Origin: an uncultured delta proteobacterium
GTDB taxonomy: Bacteria > Myxococcota_A > UBA9160 > SZUA-336
Reading direction: 5' to 3'
NCBI GenBank assembly: GCA_963704165.1
Contig: CAVPHD010000004.1
Coordinates: 502,800-566,799 of the forward strand
Length of the DNA: 64,000 nucleotides
A program made the position numbers and the translations under genes. Within the stretch, counting starts at the first letter, position 1; each line of letters starts with the position of its first letter. The notes beneath the pieces were generated by a model. The model saw nothing but the letters and a program-made list of their open reading frames with translations. It was not told the origin of the DNA and searched no databases. Positions 30,293 to 41,196 of this stretch are shown here, in pieces.

Positions 30293-31992
30293 TGCCCGCG
30301 AGAACGAGGGGCGGCGCGAACGCGGCGGCCCAGGCACTGCGTGCGGCGCGCAACGTCGGGAGCTGGGCGCGCGACGCGGCGACGCTGCCGACCGCCCTTC
30401 GCGTCCCGCGCGACTGGCTCGCGATCGGTCTCGAGCGCGGCATCGCCGAAGCTCCCTCGACCTTGCCGCGCTTCCTGCAGCAAGGGCGTGCGCGGGTGCC
30501 GTTGCTCGTGCTCGACGAAGCGCTCACCCGCGCCGCCCGCGACGAGCGGGTCCGCGGGGTGATCGTCAAGCTCGGGCAGGCGCCGCTCGGGTTCGCGCGC
30601 GCGGCCGAGCTCGCGCGCGCGTTCGCGCGGCTGCGCGGCGCGGGGAAACGCGTCGTCGTCTGGGCGGCATCGACCGGAAACGCCGGCGCCTGGCTCGGTG
30701 GACTCGCCGATCGCTTCTGGCTCGCACCCGAAGGCCGTCTCGACCTCGTCGGGCTTCGCGTCGAGAGCGTCTTCCTGCGCCGGGCGTTGGACCGTCTGCG
30801 CGTCCGGCCCGACGTGTTCGCAACCGGAGAGTACAAGTCCGCCGGCGAGATGTTGGAGCGCGACTCACTCTCCGATCCCGCGCGCGAAGCGCTCGAGGCC
30901 ACGGTCGACGATCTGTACGAGGCGCTCATTGCGGGACTCGCCTCCGGCCGCGCCGGCAGCGACGAGCGTGCGCGTGCGTGGGTCGACGCGGGTCCCTATA
31001 CGGCGAACGAGGCGAGGGCGTCCGGCATCGTCGATGACCTGCTCTACGCGGACGAGCTGCCGGCCAGGCTCGCAGCTCTCGAGGACGGGAGTGAAGCCAA
31101 GAGCGAGCCGGTGGGGGATGCGTCGGAGCCGCGTGAGGCGCGGCTGATCTCACTGGGTGCGTACCTGCGCGTCGCGCGAAAGCGCTTCGTCTGGCAGCCG
31201 GTCCGGTCCGGTGGCACGGAGATCGCCGTGGTTCCGCTGCTCGGCGCGATCCGACCGGGCGCAGGCGAGCCCTCCGGATGGGTCGGCGTGTTGCGCTCGC
31301 TGCGTGAGCGCGAGCAGGTTCGAGCGGTGGTGCTGCGCATCGACAGCCCCGGTGGCGATCCGCTCGCCTCCGATCTGCTCTGGCGCGCCGTTCGCTTGCT
31401 CGCGGAGCGGAAGCCCGTGATCGCGAGCCTCGCCGACACGGCGGCGTCGGGCGGGTACTACGTCGCGATGGCGGCGCACGAGATCGTCGCCGATCCGTGC
31501 AGCCTCACCGGCTCGATCGGGGTCGTGCTCGCAGGCCTCGAGATCGACGGCCTGCTGGACTGGATGGGCATCTCGCTCGACGGTGTGCAGCGGGGCAAGC
31601 ACGCGGGCATCCACGACCTCTCGCGCCCGCGCACGCCCGAAGAACGCGCGCTCCTCCACCGCCAGGTCGAAGGCATCTACGCGCGCTTCGTCGGCAAGGT
31701 CGCCGAGTGCCGCGGGAAATCCGAGGTCGAGATCGAAGCCGTCGCCCGGGGCCGAGTCTGGACCGGGCGCCGAGCGCACGATCGCGGGCTGGTCGATTCG
31801 CTCGGCGGGCTCGACGCCGCACTCGTCCGCGCGCGCTCCCGCGCCGGGCTCGAAGGCGACGCGGGGGACGTCTACTACTACACGCCGAACGTCCGACCCT
31901 GGGAACGGTTTCTCACGCGTCGTCCATTCGAGGCGCGCGCACGCGCATTCGCCCCGGAGCTCTGGTGTCCGATCCGCATCCCGTTGCGCTAG
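30291..31992 (+). CDS. sppA: signal peptide peptidase SppA (protease IV, two-domain 67K type)
   Basis: ATG 30291 overlaps the upstream stop. Two ClpP/crotonase-like S49 modules; Ser-Lys dyad context (ASGGYYVAMAAHEIVADP...). About 567 aa. Confidence 0.85.
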
Positions 31993-32582
31993 CGCCGGTC
32001 GTCTCCGCCGAGACGCTGCGCGAGCGGGGCCTGCGCGCGTGTCTCGGCGCGGAGCGGGTCGTGCTCGAGCTCGGATTCGGCCGCGCGGAGCTCTTGCTCG
32101 ACCTCGCCGAGTCGAATCCGAAGCGCGTGTATCTCGGCGTCGAGGTGTCGCGCAAGCGTGTCGAGAAGGCGGGAAAGCGCGCGCAGCGGCGCGAGATCGC
32201 GAACGTCTTCATGATCCACGCGCCGGCCGAGTACGTGCTCGAGCGCGTGCTGCCCGCGGACTCGGTCGAGGAGTGCTGGGTGAACTGCCCGGATCCCTGG
32301 CCGAAGAAGCGCCACTGGCGGCGGCGGCTCGTGCAGGCGCCGCTCATCGAATCGCTCGCACGCATCCTCCGTGCCGACGCGCTCCTGCACGTCGCGACCG
32401 ACCACGAGGGCTATCGCGACTGGATCGCAGAGGTCTTCGCCAACCAGACCGCGTTCGTGAACCTGCACGCACCCGTGCCTTTCGTTTCGATGCAACCGGA
32501 TCGCCGCGAGACCGCCTACGAAGCCGAGTGGCGCGCGGAAGGTCGCACGATCGCGTACTTCGACTATCGTAGATCCAAGTGA
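31966..32582 (+). CDS. trmB: tRNA (guanine46-N7)-methyltransferase
   Basis: ...LELGFGRAELLLDLAESNPKRVYLGVEV...WVNCPDPWPKKRHWRRRL... matches the TrmB family; probable GTG start. Confidence 0.85.
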
Positions 32583-33643
32583 ACTCCCTGCTCGCCCGCA
32601 CCCCCGACGAGCTGCGCGCAGCGTTCGCCGCCGAAGGCGTGCCCGGCTTCCGGGCCGCTCAGGTTTCGAACTGGCTGTACGCGCGACACGTCCGCGACTT
32701 CGAGGCGATGGCCAACCTGCCGCGCGCGCTTCGCGCGTCGCTCGCCGCGACGTGGGATCCGCGGGCGCTCGAGCGACTGGCTTTGCACACGGCGTCGGAC
32801 GGCACGCGCAAGCTCGTGCTCGGCACGCGCGACGGCGCGCGTATCGAAGCCGTGCTGATCCCCGAGGGCCGCCGACAGACGCTCTGCGTCTCGTCACAGA
32901 TCGGCTGCAGCCTCGACTGCTCCTTCTGTGCGACCGGCCGCATGGGATTCGGACGGAATCTGCGCGCCGAGGAGATCGTCGATCAGGCGCTCCACGCCAG
33001 CGAAATCCTCGCGGCGGACGGGCACGCGCTGACCCACGTCGTCTTCATGGGCATGGGCGAGCCGCTTCTGAATCTCGCCGCCGTCGTGCAGGCGATCCGC
33101 GTGCTCACGCACGGCGAAGCGTTCGCGCTCTCACCCAAACGCATTACGGTGTCGACCGCGGGTGTCGTGTCGAAGCTGGCCGAGCTCGGCCGGGCTTCGC
33201 CCGTGCGCCTGGCCGTCTCGCTCCACGCCACCACGGACGCGCTTCGCGACGAGCTCGTGCCGCTGAACCGCCGCTTTCCGCTCGCGGCCCTGCTCGAGGC
33301 CTGCGCGGCGTACCCCGTGGCGAAGCGCGACCGCCTCTCGTTCGAGTACGCGCTGCTCGCGGGCGTGAACGACAGCGATGCGGACGCGCGGAGGCTCGCG
33401 CGGATCGCGCTCGACATCCGCGCCAAGCTGAATCTGATCCCGATGAACGAGCACCCCTCGAGTCCGTACCGCCGGCCGACGGAGGCGCGCATCGACGCCT
33501 TTCTCGCCGTCTTGACCGAAGCCGGCGTCCAGGTAACGGTTCGGCGCTCGCGCGGGGACGACATCCTCGCCGCGTGCGGCCAGCTCGGCGCGCTCTCCGA
33601 GTCGCAGGACCGCGCGACAAGCCGAGATGCGGTCGGCCGATAA
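32579..33643 (+). CDS. rlmN: 23S rRNA/tRNA adenine-C2 methyltransferase, radical SAM
   Basis: 354 aa: CVSSQIGCSLDCSFCATG (CxxxCxxC) and RlmN-specific flanks. Confidence 0.92.
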   Translation: MNSLLARTPDELRAAFAAEGVPGFRAAQVSNWLYARHVRDFEAMANLPRALRASLAATWDPRALERLALHTASDGTRKLVLGTRDGARIEAVLIPEGRRQTLCVSSQIGCSLDCSFCATGRMGFGRNLRAEEIVDQALHASEILAADGHALTHVVFMGMGEPLLNLAAVVQAIRVLTHGEAFALSPKRITVSTAGVVSKLAELGRASPVRLAVSLHATTDALRDELVPLNRRFPLAALLEACAAYPVAKRDRLSFEYALLAGVNDSDADARRLARIALDIRAKLNLIPMNEHPSSPYRRPTEARIDAFLAVLTEAGVQVTVRRSRGDDILAACGQLGALSESQDRATSRDAVGR

Positions 33644-33652
33644 GACCGTCGA

Positions 33653-34321
33653 ATGCTCTACGCCATCGGCGATATTCACGGCATGCGCGACGAGCTCGCC
33701 AAGCTGATCGAGCTCCTGCCGCTCGAGCCGGGCGACCGGCTGATCTTCATCGGCGATTACGTCGATCGCGGGCCGGACCCGAAGGGCGTCGTCGACTATC
33801 TGATCGAACTCGCACGGCAACGCGAGTGCATCTTCCTGATGGGCAACCACGAGTCGATGTTCCTGTCGTTCATCGGCTGGCAGGGGCCGAACTACTTCGG
33901 GAAAGAGGCCTTCCTGCACAACGGGGGAGAGACGACGCTGGCGAGCTACGGCTACTTCGAGTTCGACGGCAGCTTCGAGCTTCCTCCCGACCATGAACGC
34001 TTCTACCGCGACCTGCGGATCTGGCACCTCGAGGGCGAGTACGCGTTCGTCCACGCGGGACTCTCGAAGTCGGCGCTCGGGCTCTCCGACCCGAAGTACG
34101 CGCTCTCGCGAGAGCGGGTCAAGGATCTGCTCTGGCAGCGCGAGACGGCGGACCTTCCGCACAGCCTCGGCGTGACGACCGTCTACGGCCACACGCCGCT
34201 TCCCGACTTTGGGGTAAGATGGAACGTGCCGTACTCGATCGGGATCGACACGGGCGCGGTCTACGGCGGACCGCTCTCCGCGATCCGGCTGCCCGACGAG
34301 ACGATCTTCCAGACCTCCTGA
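33653..34321 (+). CDS. serine/threonine protein phosphatase (PPP-family metallophosphoesterase)
   Basis: GDIHG, GDYVDRG, GNHE motifs; 222 aa. Confidence 0.8.
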   Translation: MLYAIGDIHGMRDELAKLIELLPLEPGDRLIFIGDYVDRGPDPKGVVDYLIELARQRECIFLMGNHESMFLSFIGWQGPNYFGKEAFLHNGGETTLASYGYFEFDGSFELPPDHERFYRDLRIWHLEGEYAFVHAGLSKSALGLSDPKYALSRERVKDLLWQRETADLPHSLGVTTVYGHTPLPDFGVRWNVPYSIGIDTGAVYGGPLSAIRLPDETIFQTS

Positions 34322-35463
34322 TGCACTTCACCCCCGAACACGAACAGATCCGCGACACCGTCCGGCGCCTCGCCGAGGAAGAGCTCGCTCCGATCGCGGC
34401 TCGCGTCGATGCGGACGACTGGTTCCCGCGCGACTTCTTCGCGCGCCTCGGGGAGATCGGCGCGCTCGGCGTGCTCGTGCCCGAGGAGTTCGGCGGCAGC
34501 AACGGCGACTACATCGGCGCGACGCTGATCATGGAGGAGCTCGCGCGTCACAGCGGTTCGGTCGCGCTCTCCTACGGCGCCCACGCGGTCCTGTGCGTCG
34601 GCGCGATCGCCCGCGACGCGACCGACGATCAGAAGCAGCGTGTCCTGCCGAGGCTCTGCACGGGCGAGGCGATCGGCGCCTGGGCGCTCACCGAGCCGGG
34701 CTCCGGCTCCGACGCGCTCGGGATGCGAACGCGCGCCATCCGCGAGGGCGACGTCTACGTCCTGGACGGGAGCAAGACCTTCATCACCAACGGCTCCGAG
34801 GCCGAGACGCTCGTCGTCTACGCGCTCACCGATCCGACCCTCGGGGCGCACGGAGTCTCGACGTTTCTGGTCGATGGAAAGACGCCCGGATTCTCGTGCA
34901 GCCGGAAGCTCGACAAGATGGGCATGCGCGGCAGCCCGACCGCGGAGCTCCGGCTCGACGGCGTGCGCGTTCCCGTCGCCGATCGGCTCGGAGACGAGAA
35001 CCGCGGCGTCGCGATGATGATGCGCGGCCTCGACGTCGAGCGCGCGACGCTCTCGGGGATCTCGGTCGGGCTCGCGCAGGCCGCCCTCGACCACGCGCTT
35101 CGCTACGCGCGCGAGCGCGAGCAGTTCGGGCGGCCGATCGCCGACTTCCAGATGATCCAGAAGATCCTCGCCGACATGTACGTCGAGCTCACCGCCGCGC
35201 GGCTGCTCGTCTACGAAGCTGCGGAGCTGTGCATCCGCCAGAGCGGTGGAGTCTCGAAGCTGGCCTCGGCCGCGAAGCTGTTTTCATCGGAGATCGCCAC
35301 GCGCGCGGGTCTCGCCGCGGTTCAGGTCTTCGGCGGCTACGGCTACACGCGCGACTATCCCGTGGAGAGAATCGCGCGCGATGCGAAGCTGATGGAGATC
35401 GGTGCGGGCACGTCCGAGATCCAGCGCACGATCATCGCGCGCGAGCTGATCAAGGGGCGCTAG
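34321..35463 (+). CDS. acyl-CoA dehydrogenase
   Basis: [30 protein letters not shown]... canonical ACAD; catalytic Glu near the C-terminus ([32 protein letters not shown]). ATG overlaps the upstream stop. Confidence 0.9.
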   Translation: MHFTPEHEQIRDTVRRLAEEELAPIAARVDADDWFPRDFFARLGEIGALGVLVPEEFGGSNGDYIGATLIMEELARHSGSVALSYGAHAVLCVGAIARDATDDQKQRVLPRLCTGEAIGAWALTEPGSGSDALGMRTRAIREGDVYVLDGSKTFITNGSEAETLVVYALTDPTLGAHGVSTFLVDGKTPGFSCSRKLDKMGMRGSPTAELRLDGVRVPVADRLGDENRGVAMMMRGLDVERATLSGISVGLAQAALDHALRYAREREQFGRPIADFQMIQKILADMYVELTAARLLVYEAAELCIRQSGGVSKLASAAKLFSSEIATRAGLAAVQVFGGYGYTRDYPVERIARDAKLMEIGAGTSEIQRTIIARELIKGR

Positions 35464-35475
35464 GGCGCGCTTCGA

Positions 35476-37467
35476 TCAGCTCGCCTTCTCGACGATCGGG
35501 ATCACGAGCACCACCCCCGGCACGAGCTTCGCGAGATCGACGTCGGGGTTGTAGCGTCGGATCAGCCACGTCGGCACGGCGTACTTCTTGTGCGACAGCA
35601 GCCAGAGCGTTTCCCCCGGTCGCAGCTTGTGCTCGACCGTGGTCGCGACGCGGAAGCTGCCGAAGAAGTCCTCCTCGATTCCCTTGTGGAACTCGAGGCG
35701 GCGCTGAAGGAAGACCTCGGCGGTGACTTTCGCGAAGTCGAGCTTCAGGCTCTGGCCGACCCGGATGGCGCGCCCCCTCTTCAGCTTGTTCAACGCGATC
35801 AGACGCTGTGGGGTGACCTGCAGCCAGTCCGCGAAGTGGCCGAGCGTCTCGCCGGCATCGACGATCACCCGGTCGCCATCGACGCGGAGGAAGTCCGAGC
35901 TGTCGGGCGCCAGCGGTGGAACGGGTGCAGGAGGACTCACGGCGGCGACGAGGGGGGCAGGCGGCGCCTCGGCCGAAGCGCGCGCCGTCGGCTCTGCGGA
36001 CGTCTTGGGCGCAGGCTTCGGCAGCGTCGAGGCCTGCGCCGTCCGCACGACCTCGAAGGCGGGCTTGGATGCGGGAGCCGCGCCCGCGCGATCGGGAAGC
36101 TGGAGCACCTGGCCGGGGTAGATCGTCTTTCGCGCGCCGATGTCGTTCTCGGCCACGAGTGCGGCGACGCTGGTGCGGTGGCGCTGGGCGATCCGGCCGA
36201 GTGAATCGCCACGCCGAACGGTGTAGTAGCGGTTCTCGTGCTGGGTCGCGTGCCGGCTCGCCTTCGGCACGGCGGCGAGCCAGGTCGAAGCGTCCCCGAC
36301 GACGGTGCCCGCGGGGAGCCGAAGCGTGTAGCCTTTCGGGATCCGTTTGTCGGAGCGGAGCACCGGCGGACGCAGGGCCGGGTTCAGCGCCGCGATCGTC
36401 TCGCGCGACACCCCGAGGCCCGCCTCGAGATCGGCGACGTCCGCGTAGAAGGGCAGCACGACGGAATCGACCACGCGCGGTTCGTCGCGAACGAGCGGGC
36501 CGAAGTACGACTCGTAGCTGGGCAGGATCTTTCGCGCGGCGAGGAACTGCGCGTAGAAGTTCCTCGACGCGAATCCGAAGGTGGGGCCGTCGTAGCGCGC
36601 GACGATCACGTCGATCTTGCTCGTGCCGAGCTTCTTGACCGCGCGGTTCATGCCGGCCGCACCGTGGTTGTAGGCGGTGAGCGCGAGCGGCCAGTTTCCG
36701 AGCACGGAGTAGTTCTCGCGCAGGAGTCGCGCCGCGGCATCGGTCGCGGTCACCGGGTCGAGGCGCTCGTCGACCACGTAATCGACCTTCATGAAGCGTT
36801 TGCCGGTGCTGCGCATGAACTGCCAGACACCCGCGGCGCCGTACTTCGAATACGCGTGCACGTTGAACGACGACTCGACGTGGGGCAGGTACGCCAGATC
36901 CTCGGGCATGCCGCGGTCCCGGAAGTGGGCGCGCATCTCGGCCTCGTATCCGCCGGAGACGATCACGCCCTCGCGGAACTTGTCGCGCTGCCCGAGCTGG
37001 AAGCGCAGGCGCTCTCGCGCCTCGCGGAAGTCGCCGCGTCTGGGCGCGCGGCCGAGCGCTGCCTCGAAGGCGAGCAAGACCTCGCGCTCGCGGTCGTCGC
37101 GCGCCTCGGAGCCGGCGGAAAAGCGATCGAGCGCGGCGCGCCAGCGATCCTTCGAGTTCTCGACGATCGCCTCGCGTCTTCGCGCGTTCCGTTCGCCCTC
37201 GAAGCGCAGCACGTCGTAGACCACGCCGAGATTTCGCGCATCGTGCAGGAAGCCGCCGTCGGTGCTCGATTCCAGATACACCCGCATCCAGAAGGCGACG
37301 GCCGGCCGCAGGCTCTCCGGCTCCGGGAACGGATCGCTCGGAGCCGCCGCTTGCGCGCGCAGACCCGCGCATACGCAAATCAGCGCAACGATGCCGAACA
37401 CGCGCGGGAATCCACTCACGAATCCTACCCCCGACCGACAAGCCCTCTTCGTCGCCACGACGAGCAC
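35476..37467 (-). CDS. membrane-bound lytic murein transglycosylase D-like (SLT domain + LysM repeats)
   Basis: Signal peptide; SLT catalytic motif ...YLPHVESSFNVHAYSKYGAAGVWQFM; C-terminal LysM modules (YTVRRGDSLGRIAQRH..., LWLLSHKKYAVPTWLIRRYNP). Confidence 0.85.
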   Translation of the reverse strand: MLVVATKRACRSGVGFVSGFPRVFGIVALICVCAGLRAQAAAPSDPFPEPESLRPAVAFWMRVYLESSTDGGFLHDARNLGVVYDVLRFEGERNARRREAIVENSKDRWRAALDRFSAGSEARDDREREVLLAFEAALGRAPRRGDFREARERLRFQLGQRDKFREGVIVSGGYEAEMRAHFRDRGMPEDLAYLPHVESSFNVHAYSKYGAAGVWQFMRSTGKRFMKVDYVVDERLDPVTATDAAARLLRENYSVLGNWPLALTAYNHGAAGMNRAVKKLGTSKIDVIVARYDGPTFGFASRNFYAQFLAARKILPSYESYFGPLVRDEPRVVDSVVLPFYADVADLEAGLGVSRETIAALNPALRPPVLRSDKRIPKGYTLRLPAGTVVGDASTWLAAVPKASRHATQHENRYYTVRRGDSLGRIAQRHRTSVAALVAENDIGARKTIYPGQVLQLPDRAGAAPASKPAFEVVRTAQASTLPKPAPKTSAEPTARASAEAPPAPLVAAVSPPAPVPPLAPDSSDFLRVDGDRVIVDAGETLGHFADWLQVTPQRLIALNKLKRGRAIRVGQSLKLDFAKVTAEVFLQRRLEFHKGIEEDFFGSFRVATTVEHKLRPGETLWLLSHKKYAVPTWLIRRYNPDVDLAKLVPGVVLVIPIVEKAS

Positions 37468-37569
37468 GCTTGAGATCTCGCAAGGTAACAGACGCGCCAG
37501 ACGCGGCCGCCCCGGTGGTATGCTCGCCGGTCTCCAGGTGAGTGGTGTGGAGTCGGAGGAGCGTGGCGC

Positions 37570-38712
37570 ATGGGTCCTTTGTCAGGAATCCGGATTCTCG
37601 AGTTCGCAGGCATCGGTCCAGGACCGTTCTGCGCGATGCTGCTCGCGGACATGGGTGCCGAAGTGGTGCGCATCGATCGCGCACAGAACGCCCGCGGCGG
37701 CGATCCGGCGAAGCCGCCCTCCGACCCGCTCCTGCGCGGCCGACGCAACATCGCCCTGGACTTGAAGCAACCTCAGGCGATCGAGGCCGTGCTCCGGCTC
37801 GTCGCAGGTGCGGACGCGCTGATCGAGGGATTTCGTCCCGGCGTGATGGAGCGCCTCGGTCTGGGTCCCGACGTCTGTCTCGCGCGGAATCCGCGCCTCG
37901 TCTACGGCCGCATGACCGGCTGGGGGCAGGACGGCCCGATGGCCCAGGCCGCCGGCCACGACATCAACTACATCGCGCTCGCCGGTGCGCTCGAGCCGAT
38001 CGGACGCAGGGGCGAGCCGCCACTTCCGCCGCTGAACCTCGTCGGCGATTTCGGCGGCGGTGGGATGTTGCTCGCGTTCGGTGTGCTCGCGGCTCTTCTC
38101 GAAGCCAGGAGCTCCGGGAAGGGACAGGTGGTCGATGCGGCGATGGTCGATGGCGCTGCGCTGCTGATGTCGATGTTCTGGGGCATGCGGCACTCGGGAT
38201 TCTGGAGCGAGGAACGCGGCACGAACCTGCTCGACACCGGCGCGCACTTCTACGAGGTCTACGAGTGTGCCGACGGCAAGTACATCTCGCTCGGCTCGAT
38301 CGAGCCGCAGTTCTACGCGGAGCTCCTGAAGCTCTCGGGCCTTGGCGACGAGAAGCTGCCCTCGCAGATGGATCGATCGCAGTGGCCGGCGATGAAGGAA
38401 CGGGTCGCGGCCCTGGTGAAGACCCGCTCGCGCGACGAGTGGTGCCGGATCATGGAGGGCAGCGACGTCTGCTTCGCGCCCGTGCTCGCGATGAGCGAGG
38501 CACCCGCGCACCCGCACAACGCCGCGCGCGAGACCTTCGTCGAGATCGCCGGCATGACGCAGCCCGCGCCCGCGCCACGCTTCAGCCGCACGAAGCCCGA
38601 GATCGCTCGGCCGCCCGCTCACGCGGGGCAGCACAGCCTCGAGGTGCTCGCGGGTTGGGGATTCTCGGAGGCCGAGATCCGCGCGCTGCGGGAGTCCAAG
38701 GCGATCGTCTGA
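37570..38712 (+). CDS. family III CoA-transferase, alpha-methylacyl-CoA racemase-like (CaiB/BaiF/Mcr family)
   Basis: [33 protein letters not shown]-terminus and overall similarity to Mcr/AMACR. Confidence 0.85.
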   Translation: MGPLSGIRILEFAGIGPGPFCAMLLADMGAEVVRIDRAQNARGGDPAKPPSDPLLRGRRNIALDLKQPQAIEAVLRLVAGADALIEGFRPGVMERLGLGPDVCLARNPRLVYGRMTGWGQDGPMAQAAGHDINYIALAGALEPIGRRGEPPLPPLNLVGDFGGGGMLLAFGVLAALLEARSSGKGQVVDAAMVDGAALLMSMFWGMRHSGFWSEERGTNLLDTGAHFYEVYECADGKYISLGSIEPQFYAELLKLSGLGDEKLPSQMDRSQWPAMKERVAALVKTRSRDEWCRIMEGSDVCFAPVLAMSEAPAHPHNAARETFVEIAGMTQPAPAPRFSRTKPEIARPPAHAGQHSLEVLAGWGFSEAEIRALRESKAIV

Positions 38713-38731
38713 TTCGAAAATCGGTCGCGCG

Positions 38732-40264
38732 ATGAGTGAAGCGATCGCAATCGACTCGCGCCAGTACCTCGAGGGGCTGCAGTGCGAGCGGCGACTCTGG
38801 CTCGGATCGCATGCTGCGGAGCGTGGCTCGGACCCGGCTCGCGCGGCGGAACGCGCGGCGCGCAGCCGGACCCGGCGCGAGCTCCGCGAGATCGCGGCCG
38901 AGCTGTTTCCCGGTGCGCGCGAGGTCTCGGAGCCCGACGAGCACCGGGCGATCGCACGCACGCGCGAGCTCCTCGAGAACGTCTCGGTCGGGGTGGTCCG
39001 GTCCGCCGTCTTCGCGGCCGGCTACGCGCGCGCGCGGATCGATTTCGTCGAGCGGCTCGGCGATCGCGGATTCGGACTGCGCTCGGTGCGTGCCGCGCTT
39101 CGCCCGAGCGAGACGGCGCTCGACGAGCTCGCGTTCGGCTACCACGTCGCGCGCGGCTCGGGAATCGAGATCACGTCCGTCGAGCTGATCCTGCTCGACG
39201 CCGAGTACACGCGCGGTCCGCTCGCGCCCGATCCGCGGGCGCTCCTGCACCGCGTCGACGTGACGGGACAGGTCCGGTTCCTGGCCGGTGATCTCGAGGT
39301 GCGTCTCGCGGCGCATCGCGCGGTTCTCGCGCGCGCCGCCGCGCCCGACGTCGAGCCCTCGCCGCACTGCCGAAGGCCGGACACGTGCGAGTTCCTCTCG
39401 CACTGCACGGCGGACAAGAGACAGGACTGGATCGGCTACCTGCCCGGGCTGCGCCCGAATCCGCTCGCCGAGCTTCGCGCTCGCGGGATCGAGCGGATCT
39501 CGGACCTCTCCGACGACTTCTCCCGCGCACCCGCGCAGCGCAACGCCCGCCACAGCTTGCAGCGCGGAGCCGCGTTCGTCTCGGCCGATCTCGCGCGCAG
39601 ACTCACGGGCTTCGGCCCGCCCGCCGACGGCCTCGACTTCGAGGCGATCCTGCCCGAGATCCCGATCTTCCCGGGCACCCGGCCGTTCGAGGTCGTGCCG
39701 TTCCAGTGGTCGGCGTGTCTCGCATCCGACGGCGCGGAGCTCACGCGCGCGGAGTTCCTCGCCGATGGCAGCGGGGATCCGCGACGGGAGTTCGCCGAGA
39801 GCCTGATCGCCGAAATCGCAGACCGGGAGCTCCCGATCCTGGTCTACTCCGGATTCGAGTCCGAGGTGCTCGCCGCGCTCGCGCGGGTGTTTCCCGATCT
39901 CGCGGACGGGATCGAGCGCATTCGCGCACGGCTCCGCGACCTGCTGCCGGTGGTACGCCGTTCGGTGTACCACCCGGCATTTCTGGGCTCGTTCTCGCTC
40001 AAGCGGGTCGCGCCCGCGCTGTGTTCGGGGTTCACGTTTCAGGATCTGCCGGGGATCGCGGATGGTGGGGCCGCGTCGCGCGGCTGGCTCGCGCTCGCAC
40101 GCGGCGAGCTCTCGCCGGAGCGCGGGGTCGAGCTTCTCGCGGAGCTCCGCGAGTACTGCGCCCGCGACGCGCTCGCGGTCGCGAGACTCCTGGCGACGCT
40201 GCGCGAGCTCGACCGGGCGCAGCGTGGGACGACGAGTCCGTCCCCGACTCACTCCGAAAGGTAG
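38732..40264 (+). CDS. DUF2779-family protein (PD-(D/E)XK / Cas4-like nuclease fold with Cys cluster)
   Basis: 510 aa; Cys cluster CRRPDTCEFLSHC typical of Cas4/RecB-like Fe-S nucleases; family-level resemblance to DUF2779. Confidence 0.6.
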   Translation: MSEAIAIDSRQYLEGLQCERRLWLGSHAAERGSDPARAAERAARSRTRRELREIAAELFPGAREVSEPDEHRAIARTRELLENVSVGVVRSAVFAAGYARARIDFVERLGDRGFGLRSVRAALRPSETALDELAFGYHVARGSGIEITSVELILLDAEYTRGPLAPDPRALLHRVDVTGQVRFLAGDLEVRLAAHRAVLARAAAPDVEPSPHCRRPDTCEFLSHCTADKRQDWIGYLPGLRPNPLAELRARGIERISDLSDDFSRAPAQRNARHSLQRGAAFVSADLARRLTGFGPPADGLDFEAILPEIPIFPGTRPFEVVPFQWSACLASDGAELTRAEFLADGSGDPRREFAESLIAEIADRELPILVYSGFESEVLAALARVFPDLADGIERIRARLRDLLPVVRRSVYHPAFLGSFSLKRVAPALCSGFTFQDLPGIADGGAASRGWLALARGELSPERGVELLAELREYCARDALAVARLLATLRELDRAQRGTTSPSPTHSER

Positions 40265-41184
40265 GAGAGCGTCGAGCGAACCCAACGGATTCGCGCCTCG
40301 CGCAGCGACGCCGGGCTGGCCGTCGGGATCTCGACGGTGAATCGCGTGCTGCTCCCGGCGGAGATCCGGCCGACGCTGAACGGGAGCTCACGGCCGGCGA
40401 CCGTCAGCCGGAACTCGGCGCGGGTCTGATCGACGCTCGTTCCGTTGACGAGCCGGCCCTGCACCCGCAGGGCGCCGCTCTGGTCGGAGATCGAGAGACG
40501 GCCGACGTACAGACCGCCGCCGATCGGCTGAAGCGCGGGGTCGTTCAGATCGACCACCGCTCCCTGCTCGGTTCCTCGCGAGGGGGCCCGCGCGATTGCC
40601 GGGGCCTCGACGCGCAGGCCCGCGCTCGACGCCGCAGTCCGCTTGCCGGGCGCTTTGCCTTCGTCGCGTTCCGACACGAGTCGCGAGTTCTCGCCGCGGC
40701 GCAGCTCGAGCAACGCGCCGCTCTCACCGGCGAAGATCGAGCTCGAGCTCGTGCCGTCCGAAGTGCTGAGCGAGAGCGCCGAACCGAGCCCCGAGGTCGC
40801 AAGTCGGATCGTCTGCGTCGGCGCCGTCTTGCCCGAGCCCGCGAAGAGCCCGATCACGGCCTGCCCGGATCCCGCGCTCGCCCCCGCGGGAGCGGCTTCG
40901 CGACCGATGAACACGAGACTTCGCCCCGCGTCGTCCACCACGCGGAGCGAACCGCGAACCGTGAGGTCGTCCACTTCGGTGCTCACGCCGCGCTGCGCCT
41001 TGGTTCCCGGGCTCAGCATGCCCGGTACCGTGACGGTCGCGGCCAGGAACACTGCCGCGATGCAGAGTCCGATCAGCGTCATTCCCAGCGCCGCGACTCC
41101 GGCCCAGAGCCTCCGGTTCCCGCGCTCGAGTGCGGCGAGCCGTGCGGCCACCCACGCGTCCTGGTCGCCCGCGGTCTCCGGCAT
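40249..41184 (-). CDS. hypothetical membrane-anchored Ser/Gly/Ala-rich protein
   Basis: 311 aa; N-terminal TM (LWAGVAALGMTLIGLCIAAVFLAATV); the rest predicted extracytoplasmic and beta-rich. Same strand and tightly spaced after the histidine phosphatase gene. Confidence 0.45.
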   Translation of the reverse strand: MPETAGDQDAWVAARLAALERGNRRLWAGVAALGMTLIGLCIAAVFLAATVTVPGMLSPGTKAQRGVSTEVDDLTVRGSLRVVDDAGRSLVFIGREAAPAGASAGSGQAVIGLFAGSGKTAPTQTIRLATSGLGSALSLSTSDGTSSSSIFAGESGALLELRRGENSRLVSERDEGKAPGKRTAASSAGLRVEAPAIARAPSRGTEQGAVVDLNDPALQPIGGGLYVGRLSISDQSGALRVQGRLVNGTSVDQTRAEFRLTVAGRELPFSVGRISAGSSTRFTVEIPTASPASLREARIRWVRSTLSYLSE

Positions 41185-41196
41185 GCAATTCCCCCG

